Virus record (IMG/VR): IMGVR_UViG_3300008117_004020
Location: 1-64,000 of that record
Strand: one strand, 5' to 3'
From: a virus
DNA length: 64,000 nucleotides
Positions 18,799 through 27,636 of this stretch are shown one piece after another. Numbering within the stretch: the first letter of the stretch is position 1; each line of letters starts with the position of its first letter. Below the pieces are notes generated by a model. That model was not told the DNA's origin. It worked only from the letters and a program-made list of their open reading frames with translations, and ran no database searches. The position numbers and the translations under genes are program-made.

Positions 18799-19130
18799 GG
18801 TATTAGTGAAGGAGAGTAGATAGATTATGGTGGACACACGTGTCATCTTCTATCTATTGTATTGTATATTAGTCCTTTTGTATATTGAGGATATGCGCAA
18901 CCTTGGGTTCATTGGGAGTTAAAGTGTAGTTTCGCCCATGAATCACATAACAGAATAATCTACACACATCCTAGGTCTCTGTATTATATGCAGGGACCTA
19001 GTTTCATTTAATCACAAATGGTTGAGTCTTAATGCTTTGACTCGTAATACCACAACAGCCTTAGCAGGCACACAGGGAACATGTAATAGTGTTCCCTTCA
19101 TTTTGTATTCTTTAACCTAAATATATTCAA

Positions 19131-19421
19131 ATGAAGAAGATTGTCTACTATCTTATGGGTGTTGTCAGCACTACATCATCCATAATGTTCATCTATTACA
19201 TCTTTAATCTGTCAGAAGAACCTAGACCCAAAGACAATGATATTCAGAGAAGATATGATAAGAATATCAAGAGTCAGGGGTATAGTCTGCTTATGCTTAT
19301 ATCAGCAGCAGTCATTATTATTCTATTCATGTCTAGTTGTAGCGCCTCTAAAACACGCTGGGGCTGCACAGGTAGTAAATACCAGACAGGATATAAGAGT
19401 AAACTGGGGTATGGCTATTAA
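19131..19421 (+). CDS. Hypothetical membrane protein
   Basis: 96 aa with two hydrophobic segments. Confidence 0.55.
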   Translation: MKKIVYYLMGVVSTTSSIMFIYYIFNLSEEPRPKDNDIQRRYDKNIKSQGYSLLMLISAAVIIILFMSSCSASKTRWGCTGSKYQTGYKSKLGYGY

Positions 19422-19438
19422 TCCTTTATCATCTTAGT

Positions 19439-19576
19439 ATGAAACGTCTATTCATGTCCATCATGGAGTTCATGAACTTCAAGGACATAGCCAATTTCAA
19501 CTATGACTTCACCATATCTAATGGTGAGGTGATAGTAGATGCGCAGGCAGAAATGCTTGCTGCAATAGGCTATTAA
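19439..19576 (+). CDS. Small hypothetical protein (not in ORF track)
   Basis: MKRLFMSIMEFMNFKDIANFNYDFTISNGEVIVDAQAEMLAAIGY, followed by a terminator. Confidence 0.55.
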   Translation: MKRLFMSIMEFMNFKDIANFNYDFTISNGEVIVDAQAEMLAAIGY

Positions 19577-19590
19577 AATCAGCACAGGTT

Positions 19591-19628
19591 AAGAACCCTA
19601 ATGGAGCAATCCAAAGGGGTTCTTTTTT
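19591..19628 (+). terminator. Intrinsic terminator
   Basis: AAGAACCC...GGGTTCTT followed by a T-run. Confidence 0.7.
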
Positions 19629-19637
19629 AAGACAGTA

Positions 19638-19666
19638 TTCTACTCTGCTACGCAGGACACCTTTAT
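19638..19666 (+). promoter_or_regulatory. Motif-hairpin-motif repeat, copy 2
   Basis: TTCTACT-CTGC-TAC-GCAG-GACACCTTTAT, between a terminator and the next start codon. Confidence 0.65.
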
Positions 19667-19706
19667 CATATTGGTATATTATTCTTTTTAACCTAAATCT
19701 TTTATT

Positions 19707-20090
19707 ATGGCACAGCACATCAAAGGCAAGTTTGGTTTTACCACAGTTGTTATTGACCAAACCTACTATCTCTTCACTTGTAAGATTATTACTAGCGCAG
19801 ACACAGCACTACCTATTATTCAGGGTGTAAGCGCTAGAAATATCACAGACAAGAAGGGTAATGTCAGATCTCTCATCACTTATTGCACCATGGACTACAC
19901 AGAGCATCGTAGAATGCAGATTGCTATTGCAAAGCATTTAGAGGACCATGCTATGTATAAGTTGAAGCGTAAGTATGCGTGGGCGCATGAAGATGATAAA
20001 TTACCAAGGATTGTTGGTAAAATAGAACTGCCTGAACTATCTCTTGAAGATAGAGACATTCCTTCGTGGGGAGATGATTTGCCTTATTAA
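19707..20090 (+). CDS. Hypothetical early protein
   Basis: 127 aa, acidic C-terminus DDLPY. Confidence 0.7.
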   Translation: MAQHIKGKFGFTTVVIDQTYYLFTCKIITSADTALPIIQGVSARNITDKKGNVRSLITYCTMDYTEHRRMQIAIAKHLEDHAMYKLKRKYAWAHEDDKLPRIVGKIELPELSLEDRDIPSWGDDLPY

Positions 20091-20096
20091 TCTCAC

Positions 20097-20125
20097 AGAC
20101 CTCTGTAGCAATACAGGGGTCTTTT
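20097..20125 (+). terminator. Intrinsic terminator
   Basis: AGACCTCTGTA-GCAA-TACAGGGGTCT followed by TTT. Confidence 0.75.
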
Positions 20126-20139
20126 ATTTGTTAGAAAAC

Positions 20140-20173
20140 TTCCACTCTGTACTATCGTACAGGACACCTTTAT
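20140..20173 (+). promoter_or_regulatory. Motif-hairpin-motif repeat, copy 3
   Basis: TTCCACT-CTGTAC-TATC-GTACAG-GACACCTTTAT. Confidence 0.65.
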
Positions 20174-20237
20174 GTTTTTGCTATATTGTCCTTTTATAGT
20201 TAGTTATTTTATTATTTAATCTTTAAATGTTTATTTT

Positions 20238-20768
20238 ATGCAATTGACCTTAACAGCATTAAACAATGTATGTCAATTTTTTGGTAGCAGCGCCTATGTA
20301 ATGTTCAGTGCTACCACTCCTAATGGAGACACTATTGAAATCGGAATCACAGAGAATTCCCTCAATAGAGTAGGTGCAGACATCTTATCTCCTGATAGTC
20401 TGATTGGTTGCAAGATTACCACCAAGGAGTATGTTGACAATCGCACAGGTGAGATTGTCAATGTAGATGATAGGATAGAGAGTAATGTTCTTGCAGGTAA
20501 GGGTGTCACCTTGCTTAATTCGCTGAACCATGTTCTCACCTTCTCTGAACTATTTAAAGCACAGCGCTTTGAAGCAAATGCTGCTATCAACGGTAGAGTA
20601 AAAGCAGAGCGCGAAAGAGAAAAGCGCATGATTCAAATGCAAAAGCAAATGGAAAGGTTAGCACTCAAAACACAAACCCTTGCAGTTGCAGACGCACCTA
20701 TTGATGAAGCACCTTTGGTAGAAGAAACTCCTACACAAGAGTTGTCTATTGAAGAAGAAGCATTCTAA
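20238..20768 (+). CDS. Hypothetical early protein
   Basis: 176 aa; beta-rich N-terminus, coiled coil, acidic tail ending in Phe. Confidence 0.7.
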   Translation: MQLTLTALNNVCQFFGSSAYVMFSATTPNGDTIEIGITENSLNRVGADILSPDSLIGCKITTKEYVDNRTGEIVNVDDRIESNVLAGKGVTLLNSLNHVLTFSELFKAQRFEANAAINGRVKAEREREKRMIQMQKQMERLALKTQTLAVADAPIDEAPLVEETPTQELSIEEEAF

Positions 20769-20955
20769 TTTGAGATGATATACAGGGGTCCCTCTAATAT
20801 ATAGGGGGACTCTTGTATAATCATACAACCTGCAACCCCTGCCCTCCACACAATGCTGCGCTACATACGAACACATAAGGACAACATATGGACAATATAG
20901 CAGTCCTCGTGTGCAGTGTAAAGCGTATGACACAAAAGGGTGAATAAAATCTCTA

Positions 20956-20980
20956 TAACTAATTGATAATCAAGAGGTTG
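20956..20980. promoter_or_regulatory. Inverted pair of IHF-consensus sites
   Basis: TATCAA-TTAG-TTA (minus) and AATCAA-GAGG-TTG (plus) both fit WATCAANNNNTTR. Confidence 0.5.
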
Positions 20981-21237
20981 TTAGTGACAGGAAAACAAGG
21001 GGTGTTTTTATAATCATCTGACAATCAGTGTGATTGTAGAAAAAATTCGAGCGTGAGTATATGGCTATATGAGACAATGTGTGTATGTGTGTGGTGTATT
21101 ATGTCTCTATATATACATATGTCATGCTATGAGAATATTGGTTTTGGAGTATCAGTTTACATCGCCCTATATATGTCTATATATTAGGGGCCTTTTATTA
21201 ACACAGACCAAAATGGCTGTATACAGCTGTGATTCTT

Positions 21238-21477
21238 ATGGACTATACTAAACCACACAATTTAAAACTAGCCAGGAAAGCATTTTTAAAGGATTTACAT
21301 AAAGATAATGACTTCATTGAGTTTAGGAAGAACAATAGTTTTGTAATTGGTTACTTTGGTTATGATATAGAGCGTCTTCCTAACACATCAGCTCAATATC
21401 TTGTTACGCGATATGTTAAGACCACCAAAAATGTACGTAAAATTAAGGTGGTATTAGTAGATGAAGAACAAATCTGA
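21238..21477 (+). CDS. Hypothetical protein
   Basis: ORF from MDYTKPH. Confidence 0.55.
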   Translation: MDYTKPHNLKLARKAFLKDLHKDNDFIEFRKNNSFVIGYFGYDIERLPNTSAQYLVTRYVKTTKNVRKIKVVLVDEEQI

Positions 21478-21501
21478 TTTAAAACTTAAAAACCCACACA
21501 C

Positions 21502-21663
21502 GTGAACAAAAAGATTCAGAGCCTATTAGATGGAGGCTTTATAACCATCGAAGACATACTAGAATATGCTCAGCAGTATATGGATGCTGTAGACAAATAT
21601 GATGATGAGCAACTGGATAAGTATACACACAATTTAGAGGACCAAAAAACAGATGTACAATGA
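21502..21663 (+). CDS. Small acidic protein (not in ORF track)
   Basis: GTG start, 53 aa, ATGA overlap with the next gene. Confidence 0.5.
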   Translation: MNKKIQSLLDGGFITIEDILEYAQQYMDAVDKYDDEQLDKYTHNLEDQKTDVQ

Positions 21664-22001
21664 AAAAGTTGTTAATTATTGCCGTTGTATTAGCCTCATG
21701 TACTAAAGAAGACATATATCAGGCTAGACCTATTAAGAGAGACACCACAGCCCCAAAAGCGTCCATACAGTATAATAGTAGTTTCACCACTATTAACGCT
21801 ACAGACAATATGGGACTGAAAACTATGTACTACTATGAGAATAATGTCCTATCTAGGACATTCACCACCTCCAACACCCCTGGATCCACTGCCACCAATT
21901 GGACATATACATTCCCTTCTACCACTATATCACCATGCACCCTCAAAGTCATGGCTGTGGACCTGGCAGGTAATTATGTCGAAGTGTTTAAATCCATATA
22001 G
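21660..22001 (+). CDS. Lipoprotein with Ig-like (Big) domain
   Basis: LASC lipobox; DTTAP, ATDN.G, A.D.AGN motifs. Confidence 0.75.
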   Translation: MKKLLIIAVVLASCTKEDIYQARPIKRDTTAPKASIQYNSSFTTINATDNMGLKTMYYYENNVLSRTFTTSNTPGSTATNWTYTFPSTTISPCTLKVMAVDLAGNYVEVFKSI

Positions 22002-22004
22002 TGT

Positions 22005-22229
22005 ATGGAAGACCTGAACATACAAAATGCTGTTAAAATACTTATTGTGAAAGCCATGGTTAAATACAATGGCAATCATAGAAAAGCAGCCAAAGCATTA
22101 GAAATCAGCGAGCGCACCCTATATAGAATGATTCATGATTATGACATAAAATCAGCCATATGGGACATCAAAACATCAAAGTATTTAACCAAAAAACAGA
22201 GAAATGAAGACAATAATGTTATGGTATAG
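22005..22229 (+). CDS. Fis-family HTH protein
   Basis: AM.KYNGNHRKAAKALEISERTLYR. Confidence 0.85.
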   Translation: MEDLNIQNAVKILIVKAMVKYNGNHRKAAKALEISERTLYRMIHDYDIKSAIWDIKTSKYLTKKQRNEDNNVMV

Positions 22230-22470
22230 CATTGCAGTAATATTTACAGGTGGTATTATAGGGTATATGATAGGTGTTGTTTCAGCAAAGCGTTATGTCA
22301 AACAGGAGAATTGTAACAGATTACATGTGCTGCCATATGAATATCGTGTCATATGTGATGGTACAGACAGTGTTGCAGTGTATACACTCATATCTCCTGA
22401 AAATGACACATTAGGGTCCTTTAGTAACCCAATGGAATTAGAAACTCTCATCCTAAATGACAATTTATGA
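22204..22470 (+). CDS. Hypothetical membrane protein
   Basis: N-terminal transmembrane helix. Confidence 0.55.
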   Translation: MKTIMLWYSIAVIFTGGIIGYMIGVVSAKRYVKQENCNRLHVLPYEYRVICDGTDSVAVYTLISPENDTLGSFSNPMELETLILNDNL

Positions 22471-22670
22471 GCGAACACACACCAAGATTCCCTGATGATA
22501 CAGACTGGGAATACAAAAAGCATGAACTAGAGCCTGTGCCAATTGAAATTGATATAATCACAGGCAAAAAAACATGGGAAGTGAATGGTTGTAGACTAAC
22601 TGCTGATACATATGTAGAAGCCCTTAGACTACTACCACTTATTGAAGATGTTAACAAGGACTTAGATTAG
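22467..22670 (+). CDS. Hypothetical protein
   Basis: 67 aa, ATGA overlap. Confidence 0.6.
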   Translation: MSEHTPRFPDDTDWEYKKHELEPVPIEIDIITGKKTWEVNGCRLTADTYVEALRLLPLIEDVNKDLD

Positions 22671-22748
22671 TTGGACTTCACGCAACTAACAGTTATGGCA
22701 GGTAAACTACAAACCTGCCCCAGCACACCTGGTAAAAAACCAAATGTC

Positions 22749-23306
22749 ATGAAAACAGATTATACAACATCCCACAACAAAAAGATTGTACAAAAGATCA
22801 TCTATAAAAGATTTAAGAAAAAGGGGATAAAAAATCTAATTGGACTGGCTGGACCTAACATAAGCAACTATCTATCATTTGTAAAATCAATGGGCATAAA
22901 GATGGCAAACATCTATGAGAAAAACCCAACGCAATTATTATTGCAAATACTTGATTATAAGTTTCTTATGAGGACTAGCGTCAAATTTGAAGACATATTC
23001 CAAGCAAACCCACACCTGAAAGACACTGTTTATGATTTGGATTTTGATTGCAGCATTCTGCATGTCAAAAGACACATCAAAAGATTTGTAAATAATGCCA
23101 TCATCACATTAGCAATCAGACCAGTAGGTTTAGAACTTACACTTAAAATGTTTAGCAAACTTGTGTCAAAACATAAGGCTACAATATTATATAATGTGAA
23201 AACAACAGACAATTACAAATTGCATGAAATCCAATTCCCAGAGAAAACCTATCTATGTTATCAATACAAAGATAAATCAAACATGTTATCATTAACCATT
23301 AAATAA
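22749..23306 (+). CDS. Putative Rossmann-fold methyltransferase-like protein
   Basis: LIGLAGP, NIYEKN, FEDI, YDLDFD resemble class I MTase motifs; start re-called. Confidence 0.4.
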   Translation: MKTDYTTSHNKKIVQKIIYKRFKKKGIKNLIGLAGPNISNYLSFVKSMGIKMANIYEKNPTQLLLQILDYKFLMRTSVKFEDIFQANPHLKDTVYDLDFDCSILHVKRHIKRFVNNAIITLAIRPVGLELTLKMFSKLVSKHKATILYNVKTTDNYKLHEIQFPEKTYLCYQYKDKSNMLSLTIK

Positions 23307-23313
23307 AAACAAC

Positions 23314-23616
23314 GTGGCAAAAACAATCAAATTTTACAGTAGAAAAGAATTGGCAGCATTAAAACCATTCATTACAAAAAAAGCAAAATTGACTAAAGAA
23401 TCATTAGATGCATTCTGTAGTGAGTTTGGCAGGAAACCATCAGCAGTGAGAGCAATTGTTTCTTACAAGCGCAAAACATCAGGTTTGTCTGTTAAACGTG
23501 TGTCTAAACCCACCACTGCAAAAGTCACTAAGAACGAGTTTGTTATTCCTATATCAAAATGGGAAATTAGGAATGACAATGGTACAAATAGCCTTGTATT
23601 GCATTTTTCAAAATAA
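23314..23616 (+). CDS. Basic HTH-like protein
   Basis: FGRKPSAVR, Lys-rich. Confidence 0.5.
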   Translation: MAKTIKFYSRKELAALKPFITKKAKLTKESLDAFCSEFGRKPSAVRAIVSYKRKTSGLSVKRVSKPTTAKVTKNEFVIPISKWEIRNDNGTNSLVLHFSK

Positions 23617-23644
23617 ACCAACCATTTAAACAAAAATCAAGAAG

Positions 23645-24664
23645 ATGAGTAACACTTCACCAACAAATTCAGGTTTTCAAGTGCTAATTCCTGAAACAGC
23701 CATCCAAGAAAGGGTGGACAAATTAGTCATGTATAAATTGAGACATGACAAATTACATGGTATTTTAAGCGATGTGATCGCGAAAGAAAGGTCTAAAGTA
23801 GTGGATGACCTAAAAGACAAATGTCTAGAACAAGTTAAAGATGATTTCTTAGGCGTAAAAGAAAGAATCATCAATGCTTATTTGGAGAGCAAAAAGTCTG
23901 AGATTATTCTTAAGGGTGAGGTGTTAGCCACTGTAGAAGATGGCACATCTCATAAAGAACTCCCTAAACTCATCAGTTTTTTGTCTTTATTCAAGCAAGC
24001 AATGATCGTAGGTCCCACAGGTTCAGGTAAATCAACATTGGCAAAACAGGCTGCTAAGAGTCTCAATCTGAGATATGGCAGTTTCTCATGTAATATGGAA
24101 GCAAGCAAATCAGAATTGGTGGGCTTTGCTAACATAAATGGGTATGTTACCAGTCAATTTCTTGATTTTTATGAGAATGGTGGTGTGTTTCTTGTTGACG
24201 AGTATGATGCTATGTCTCCATCTATTGCTGTAGTGTTAAACGCAGCATTTGACAGGACCAATCAACTCAGTGTGTCTAACAGGACAGAGAATCCAATTGC
24301 TAAAAAGCATAAGGATTTCTATTGCATCCTGGCAGGTAACACCTGGGGCTCTGGTTCTGTGGAATATCAGGGTAGAGAGATGCAAGACATGGCGTTCCTT
24401 GATAGATTTAAACTTTGTAGACTGTTCATTGATTATGATGCAAACATTGAGAAAATGATTGCAGGTGATAATTATGCATGGTTTATGAAGATTAGAGAGT
24501 TTGTGGAAAAGAATGTGGATAGTGAGAAGTTCTCTACAAGATCTATTCATGATGCTGCTACACTGTTGTTCAATGGCTTCACAAAGCAAGATGTCATTGA
24601 CATGATAGCGCATCATTGGGACAAGGAATTGAGGAAGAAGATTATTGGTGCCGTGGGTGTTTAA
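23645..24664 (+). CDS. MoxR/CbbQ/CobS-like AAA+ ATPase
   Basis: GPTGSGKS, FLVDEYD, AGNT.G.G, D.AFLDRF. Confidence 0.9.
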   Translation: MSNTSPTNSGFQVLIPETAIQERVDKLVMYKLRHDKLHGILSDVIAKERSKVVDDLKDKCLEQVKDDFLGVKERIINAYLESKKSEIILKGEVLATVEDGTSHKELPKLISFLSLFKQAMIVGPTGSGKSTLAKQAAKSLNLRYGSFSCNMEASKSELVGFANINGYVTSQFLDFYENGGVFLVDEYDAMSPSIAVVLNAAFDRTNQLSVSNRTENPIAKKHKDFYCILAGNTWGSGSVEYQGREMQDMAFLDRFKLCRLFIDYDANIEKMIAGDNYAWFMKIREFVEKNVDSEKFSTRSIHDAATLLFNGFTKQDVIDMIAHHWDKELRKKIIGAVGV

Positions 24665-24724
24665 TAAAAAAGGGGGAGATGTAACAGTCTCCTCCCTATT
24701 TTCTAAATCTTTAAATTATATAAC

Positions 24725-25576
24725 GTGAAAGTTATTGAACAAAAAGAACACAAAGGAGACGTAATTCATTTCATATATGATAGCGTAGGAGATTTCTTTG
24801 AGAACACTGACCCAACTAAAACCTATAACTGTCACTCAGGTAATAAAAGCGATCAAAAAGAAATACTTAATGGAGATAGAGACTGGCGCTTTGGTGAAGA
24901 TAGATCAAGATCTGTGTTTTATGAGAACAGATTTGACCCTATGAATGGTAAAAAGATGTGTGAGAGTGAAGTGAAAAAGGTTCTTTCTAGCAAAGAGTAT
25001 AAAAAACTCATACAACAAGCTCTGACATATAAGAAAAAAATCACATTTGAAGATTTGGGATTTAGACTTAATGTTGCCAGAGCAATTAGTGGGGATGATA
25101 AATACTTTGTTAAGTATAAGAATGCTAAAAGACCTACAGTGAAGATTGCCATCAACATATGTGGCTCTGCTTGTGTAGATGAAGATGCCTTTAGAAAAGT
25201 GGCTATGACTGCTGTACCAACTATTTATGCGTTGGAGTTAGCAGGTATTGCCACTGAGGTGTATTATACAGCATTTGCCACTGGTACACATTCAGATGAC
25301 TTTGAGCACTCATGTACACATGTAAAAATCAAATCAGCGCAACAAAGATTTAATTGGACCACATTTGCTCCAATATTCTGTCTAGGTTCATATCGCGAAA
25401 GTGTTTTTATGTCATGGGTGAGCAGTCAGTATGAAGTGAGCAATGGATTAGGCAGACCTATGAATGAGCGTGATATATCAAATTATGACAATTTTGGTTA
25501 TTCTGCTGTAATAGGACTCAATGCAGTGGGTGCAGTGGATCAAGTACAAGAATTATTCATTAAAATTAAAAACTAA
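24725..25576 (+). CDS. vWA/CobT-like partner of the AAA+ ATPase
   Basis: Adjacent to the AAA gene; G.RLNVARAISG, IAINICGSA (degenerate MIDAS), LELAGI.TEV, GLGRP. Confidence 0.65.
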   Translation: MKVIEQKEHKGDVIHFIYDSVGDFFENTDPTKTYNCHSGNKSDQKEILNGDRDWRFGEDRSRSVFYENRFDPMNGKKMCESEVKKVLSSKEYKKLIQQALTYKKKITFEDLGFRLNVARAISGDDKYFVKYKNAKRPTVKIAINICGSACVDEDAFRKVAMTAVPTIYALELAGIATEVYYTAFATGTHSDDFEHSCTHVKIKSAQQRFNWTTFAPIFCLGSYRESVFMSWVSSQYEVSNGLGRPMNERDISNYDNFGYSAVIGLNAVGAVDQVQELFIKIKN

Positions 25577-25581
25577 AAATC

Positions 25582-25980
25582 ATGGAAATAAAATTTAACC
25601 ATGCTAAATCAACAGTTAGCGATGCTATTGGTGTTGAAAAATTTACAGCAAATCAGATTACAGGCAAAATCATGTTTGAAATCATTAATCAGCAGTTTAT
25701 GGTGCAAGAACTGTATGACAATCCTTATGACGCACCAGATGAATTGCGTAAAAAAAGTGTGGTATTGGAAAATGTTATAAAAGACTGCGCTAATCAAGCA
25801 GAAGTTATGCTTGCAGCATGGGAGTATTCAAGAATTGATTCAATGATGACATTAGACAATGGCCAAGCAGATAATATTCTTAAAATGATCACCATGTTTT
25901 ATGCTATGAGTGACAAAAAGCGTGATGCCTTTGTTAAGTTGTTTGTTGAGCGTGCTTGTGCAGATAGAGATGATGACTAA
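25582..25980 (+). CDS. Hypothetical protein
   Basis: 132 aa, followed by a terminator. Confidence 0.65.
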   Translation: MEIKFNHAKSTVSDAIGVEKFTANQITGKIMFEIINQQFMVQELYDNPYDAPDELRKKSVVLENVIKDCANQAEVMLAAWEYSRIDSMMTLDNGQADNILKMITMFYAMSDKKRDAFVKLFVERACADRDDD

Positions 25981-26038
25981 TTATTAAAAATAAACCCCTG
26001 TAGTTTAAATGCTGCAGGGGTTTTAAATATCTCAGCCA

Positions 26039-26764
26039 ATGAACGATAATACGCTTATAATTGATGGTGTTACATATAGAACTGGTGATAAAGTGTCTTG
26101 CACTCTTATGAATTCTGATGGTATTCAAGAGAAAGGTGTGATAAAAGACGCTAAAATTTACATTCCTAGTGATGGAGAAGTTAACTATGGTGAAGATGAA
26201 GATAAAGAAGTTAAAAAATGTTTTATATGCCAAAATATATACAGTGGATCAACCTCTCCTGATAAACTTGGATATAAATACAGCTGGGTTTTTCATGTTC
26301 ACGATGGAAAAATAATCAAATGCATCAAAGACTTAAAACTTGTAGAGTCAAGAAAAGTGGAAGAAAAAACAATAGTGATAAATGGTATAAGATTTACACA
26401 TGGAGAAACAGTACTCACTATGTTTAACAATAATCCTCATGATATTGAAGAGGATGAAGATGACTATTCAGGAAAAGAAGTTGAAGCAATCCTTTATGTG
26501 GAGAGTGAAAATAGAGCATATTTATGCCAGGATTATTTTTCAGGAGCAGGTTCTCCACATAGGTTTGGTAAAGATTGCAGTTGGGTGTTTGATTTAGAAG
26601 AAGATGGACAAATAAGTAGTGATTATTCTGAAATAGAATACATTAAAAAGTGTAAAGAAGAGCCACCATCTAAAATCATTACAACAACATCTGAAGACTA
26701 TGATGACGACCCAATGCCTGAGGATTGGGTGTGTGATGAAAAATTTCCTATTTCATTAGATTGA
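26039..26764 (+). CDS. Two-repeat hypothetical protein
   Basis: Internal duplication: ICQNIYSGSTSPDKLGYKYSWVF / LCQDYFSGAGSPHRFGKDCSWVF. Confidence 0.7.
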   Translation: MNDNTLIIDGVTYRTGDKVSCTLMNSDGIQEKGVIKDAKIYIPSDGEVNYGEDEDKEVKKCFICQNIYSGSTSPDKLGYKYSWVFHVHDGKIIKCIKDLKLVESRKVEEKTIVINGIRFTHGETVLTMFNNNPHDIEEDEDDYSGKEVEAILYVESENRAYLCQDYFSGAGSPHRFGKDCSWVFDLEEDGQISSDYSEIEYIKKCKEEPPSKIITTTSEDYDDDPMPEDWVCDEKFPISLD

Positions 26765-26769
26765 TTTCG

Positions 26770-26777
26770 TATATTTG
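26770..26777 (+). promoter_or_regulatory. Bacteroidota -7 box for the tmRNA
   Basis: TATATTTG ending 10 bp before the tmRNA 5' end. Confidence 0.7.
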
Positions 26778-26787
26778 CACTATACAA

Positions 26788-27256
26788 GGGGGTGACAGGT
26801 ATAGACCTGCATCTAAGAGGTATCATCACATGCAAGAGGTAGCCAATACTCAAAGCAATTGGTTAAAATTAAAGGACAACACTACTGTTGAACTTTCTGA
26901 GTATACCATTGACTCTCTGCTTGCAGAGTTGTCTGGTGCTGAGCTTGAATTAGCTTAGGTCAGAGGAGGAGCTATCCTTTGCAACAGAAAATAGCAAATG
27001 TAAAGACATAGGACCATTCCTGTGACACTGACCATCCAAGACTATATGATGTAAAAAGATAGCAAGTAATAGTTTCCTGGAGTTATACTAATAAACCAGG
27101 TGGTGGAGCTGGTGGCTTCTAAACCACTGGTTAGTTCCCTTACGGTGCAAAAATGTCTAGTTTTTGACACAGAAAACTTGACAAATTAGTACTAAGCATG
27201 TAAGAATGGTGGTATTGCTTGATGTAGACACAGGGGTTCGAATCCCCTCACCTCCT
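26788..27256 (+). ncRNA. ssrA: tmRNA
   Basis: 5' GGGGGTG pairs with 3' CACCTCC (G3:U70); T-arm AGGGG-TTCGAAT-CCCCT; CATG/CATG helix partners; tag frame 26875-26958 DNTTVELSEYTIDSLLAELSGAELELA* after an A-rich resume context. Confidence 0.88.
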
Positions 27257-27297
27257 CAGACTTGTGTAGTTTTAAAGCAAAGGTCTCAGAGGTACAC

Positions 27298-27325
27298 GGT
27301 CCCTATGTCTATGGGGACCTTTTTA
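27298..27325 (+). terminator. Terminator after the tmRNA
   Basis: GGTCCC-TATGTCTATG-GGGACC followed by TTTTT. Confidence 0.75.
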
Positions 27326-27344
27326 TTATTTAAAAAACAAGATT

Positions 27345-27548
27345 ATGTTGCAAAAGATTAAAAACTTATTTAAGAGCACCTGTGAAGATGAATTGAAGCA
27401 ACTTGAGATGAATGTTAAAGAACTAGTAGATGAAGTTGTGAGTTTGAGAGTGAAACTTGAAGAAAAACAAGAGCAGATCAACAAAACAAATTCATACTAT
27501 AAGAAGAAACTCTATAACATGAAACTTAAGCTGAAAGGGGAGAAATAG
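27345..27548 (+). CDS. Coiled-coil hypothetical protein
   Basis: 67 aa. Confidence 0.6.
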   Translation: MLQKIKNLFKSTCEDELKQLEMNVKELVDEVVSLRVKLEEKQEQINKTNSYYKKKLYNMKLKLKGEK

Positions 27549-27636
27549 TATTTATAGCGTTATACTGCAGTATTTTTAACATAACTCATTGATATTTAAT
27601 GAGATATGCTTAAGTTTGAAGTATAACCTATTAATT

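Noticed and set aside
21055-21190. TG/TA-rich stretch and 60-aa ORF 21069..21251
   Set aside because: Low-complexity sequence with no defined repeat unit; ORF not credible.
26761-26958. 65-aa ORF in the track
   Set aside because: It overlaps the promoter and tmRNA 5' end; only 26875-26958 is meaningful, as the tmRNA tag frame.
27574-27601. Possible dif site (TTATGTTAAA on the minus strand)
   Set aside because: No XerC-type arm ending in ATAA at 6-bp spacing.
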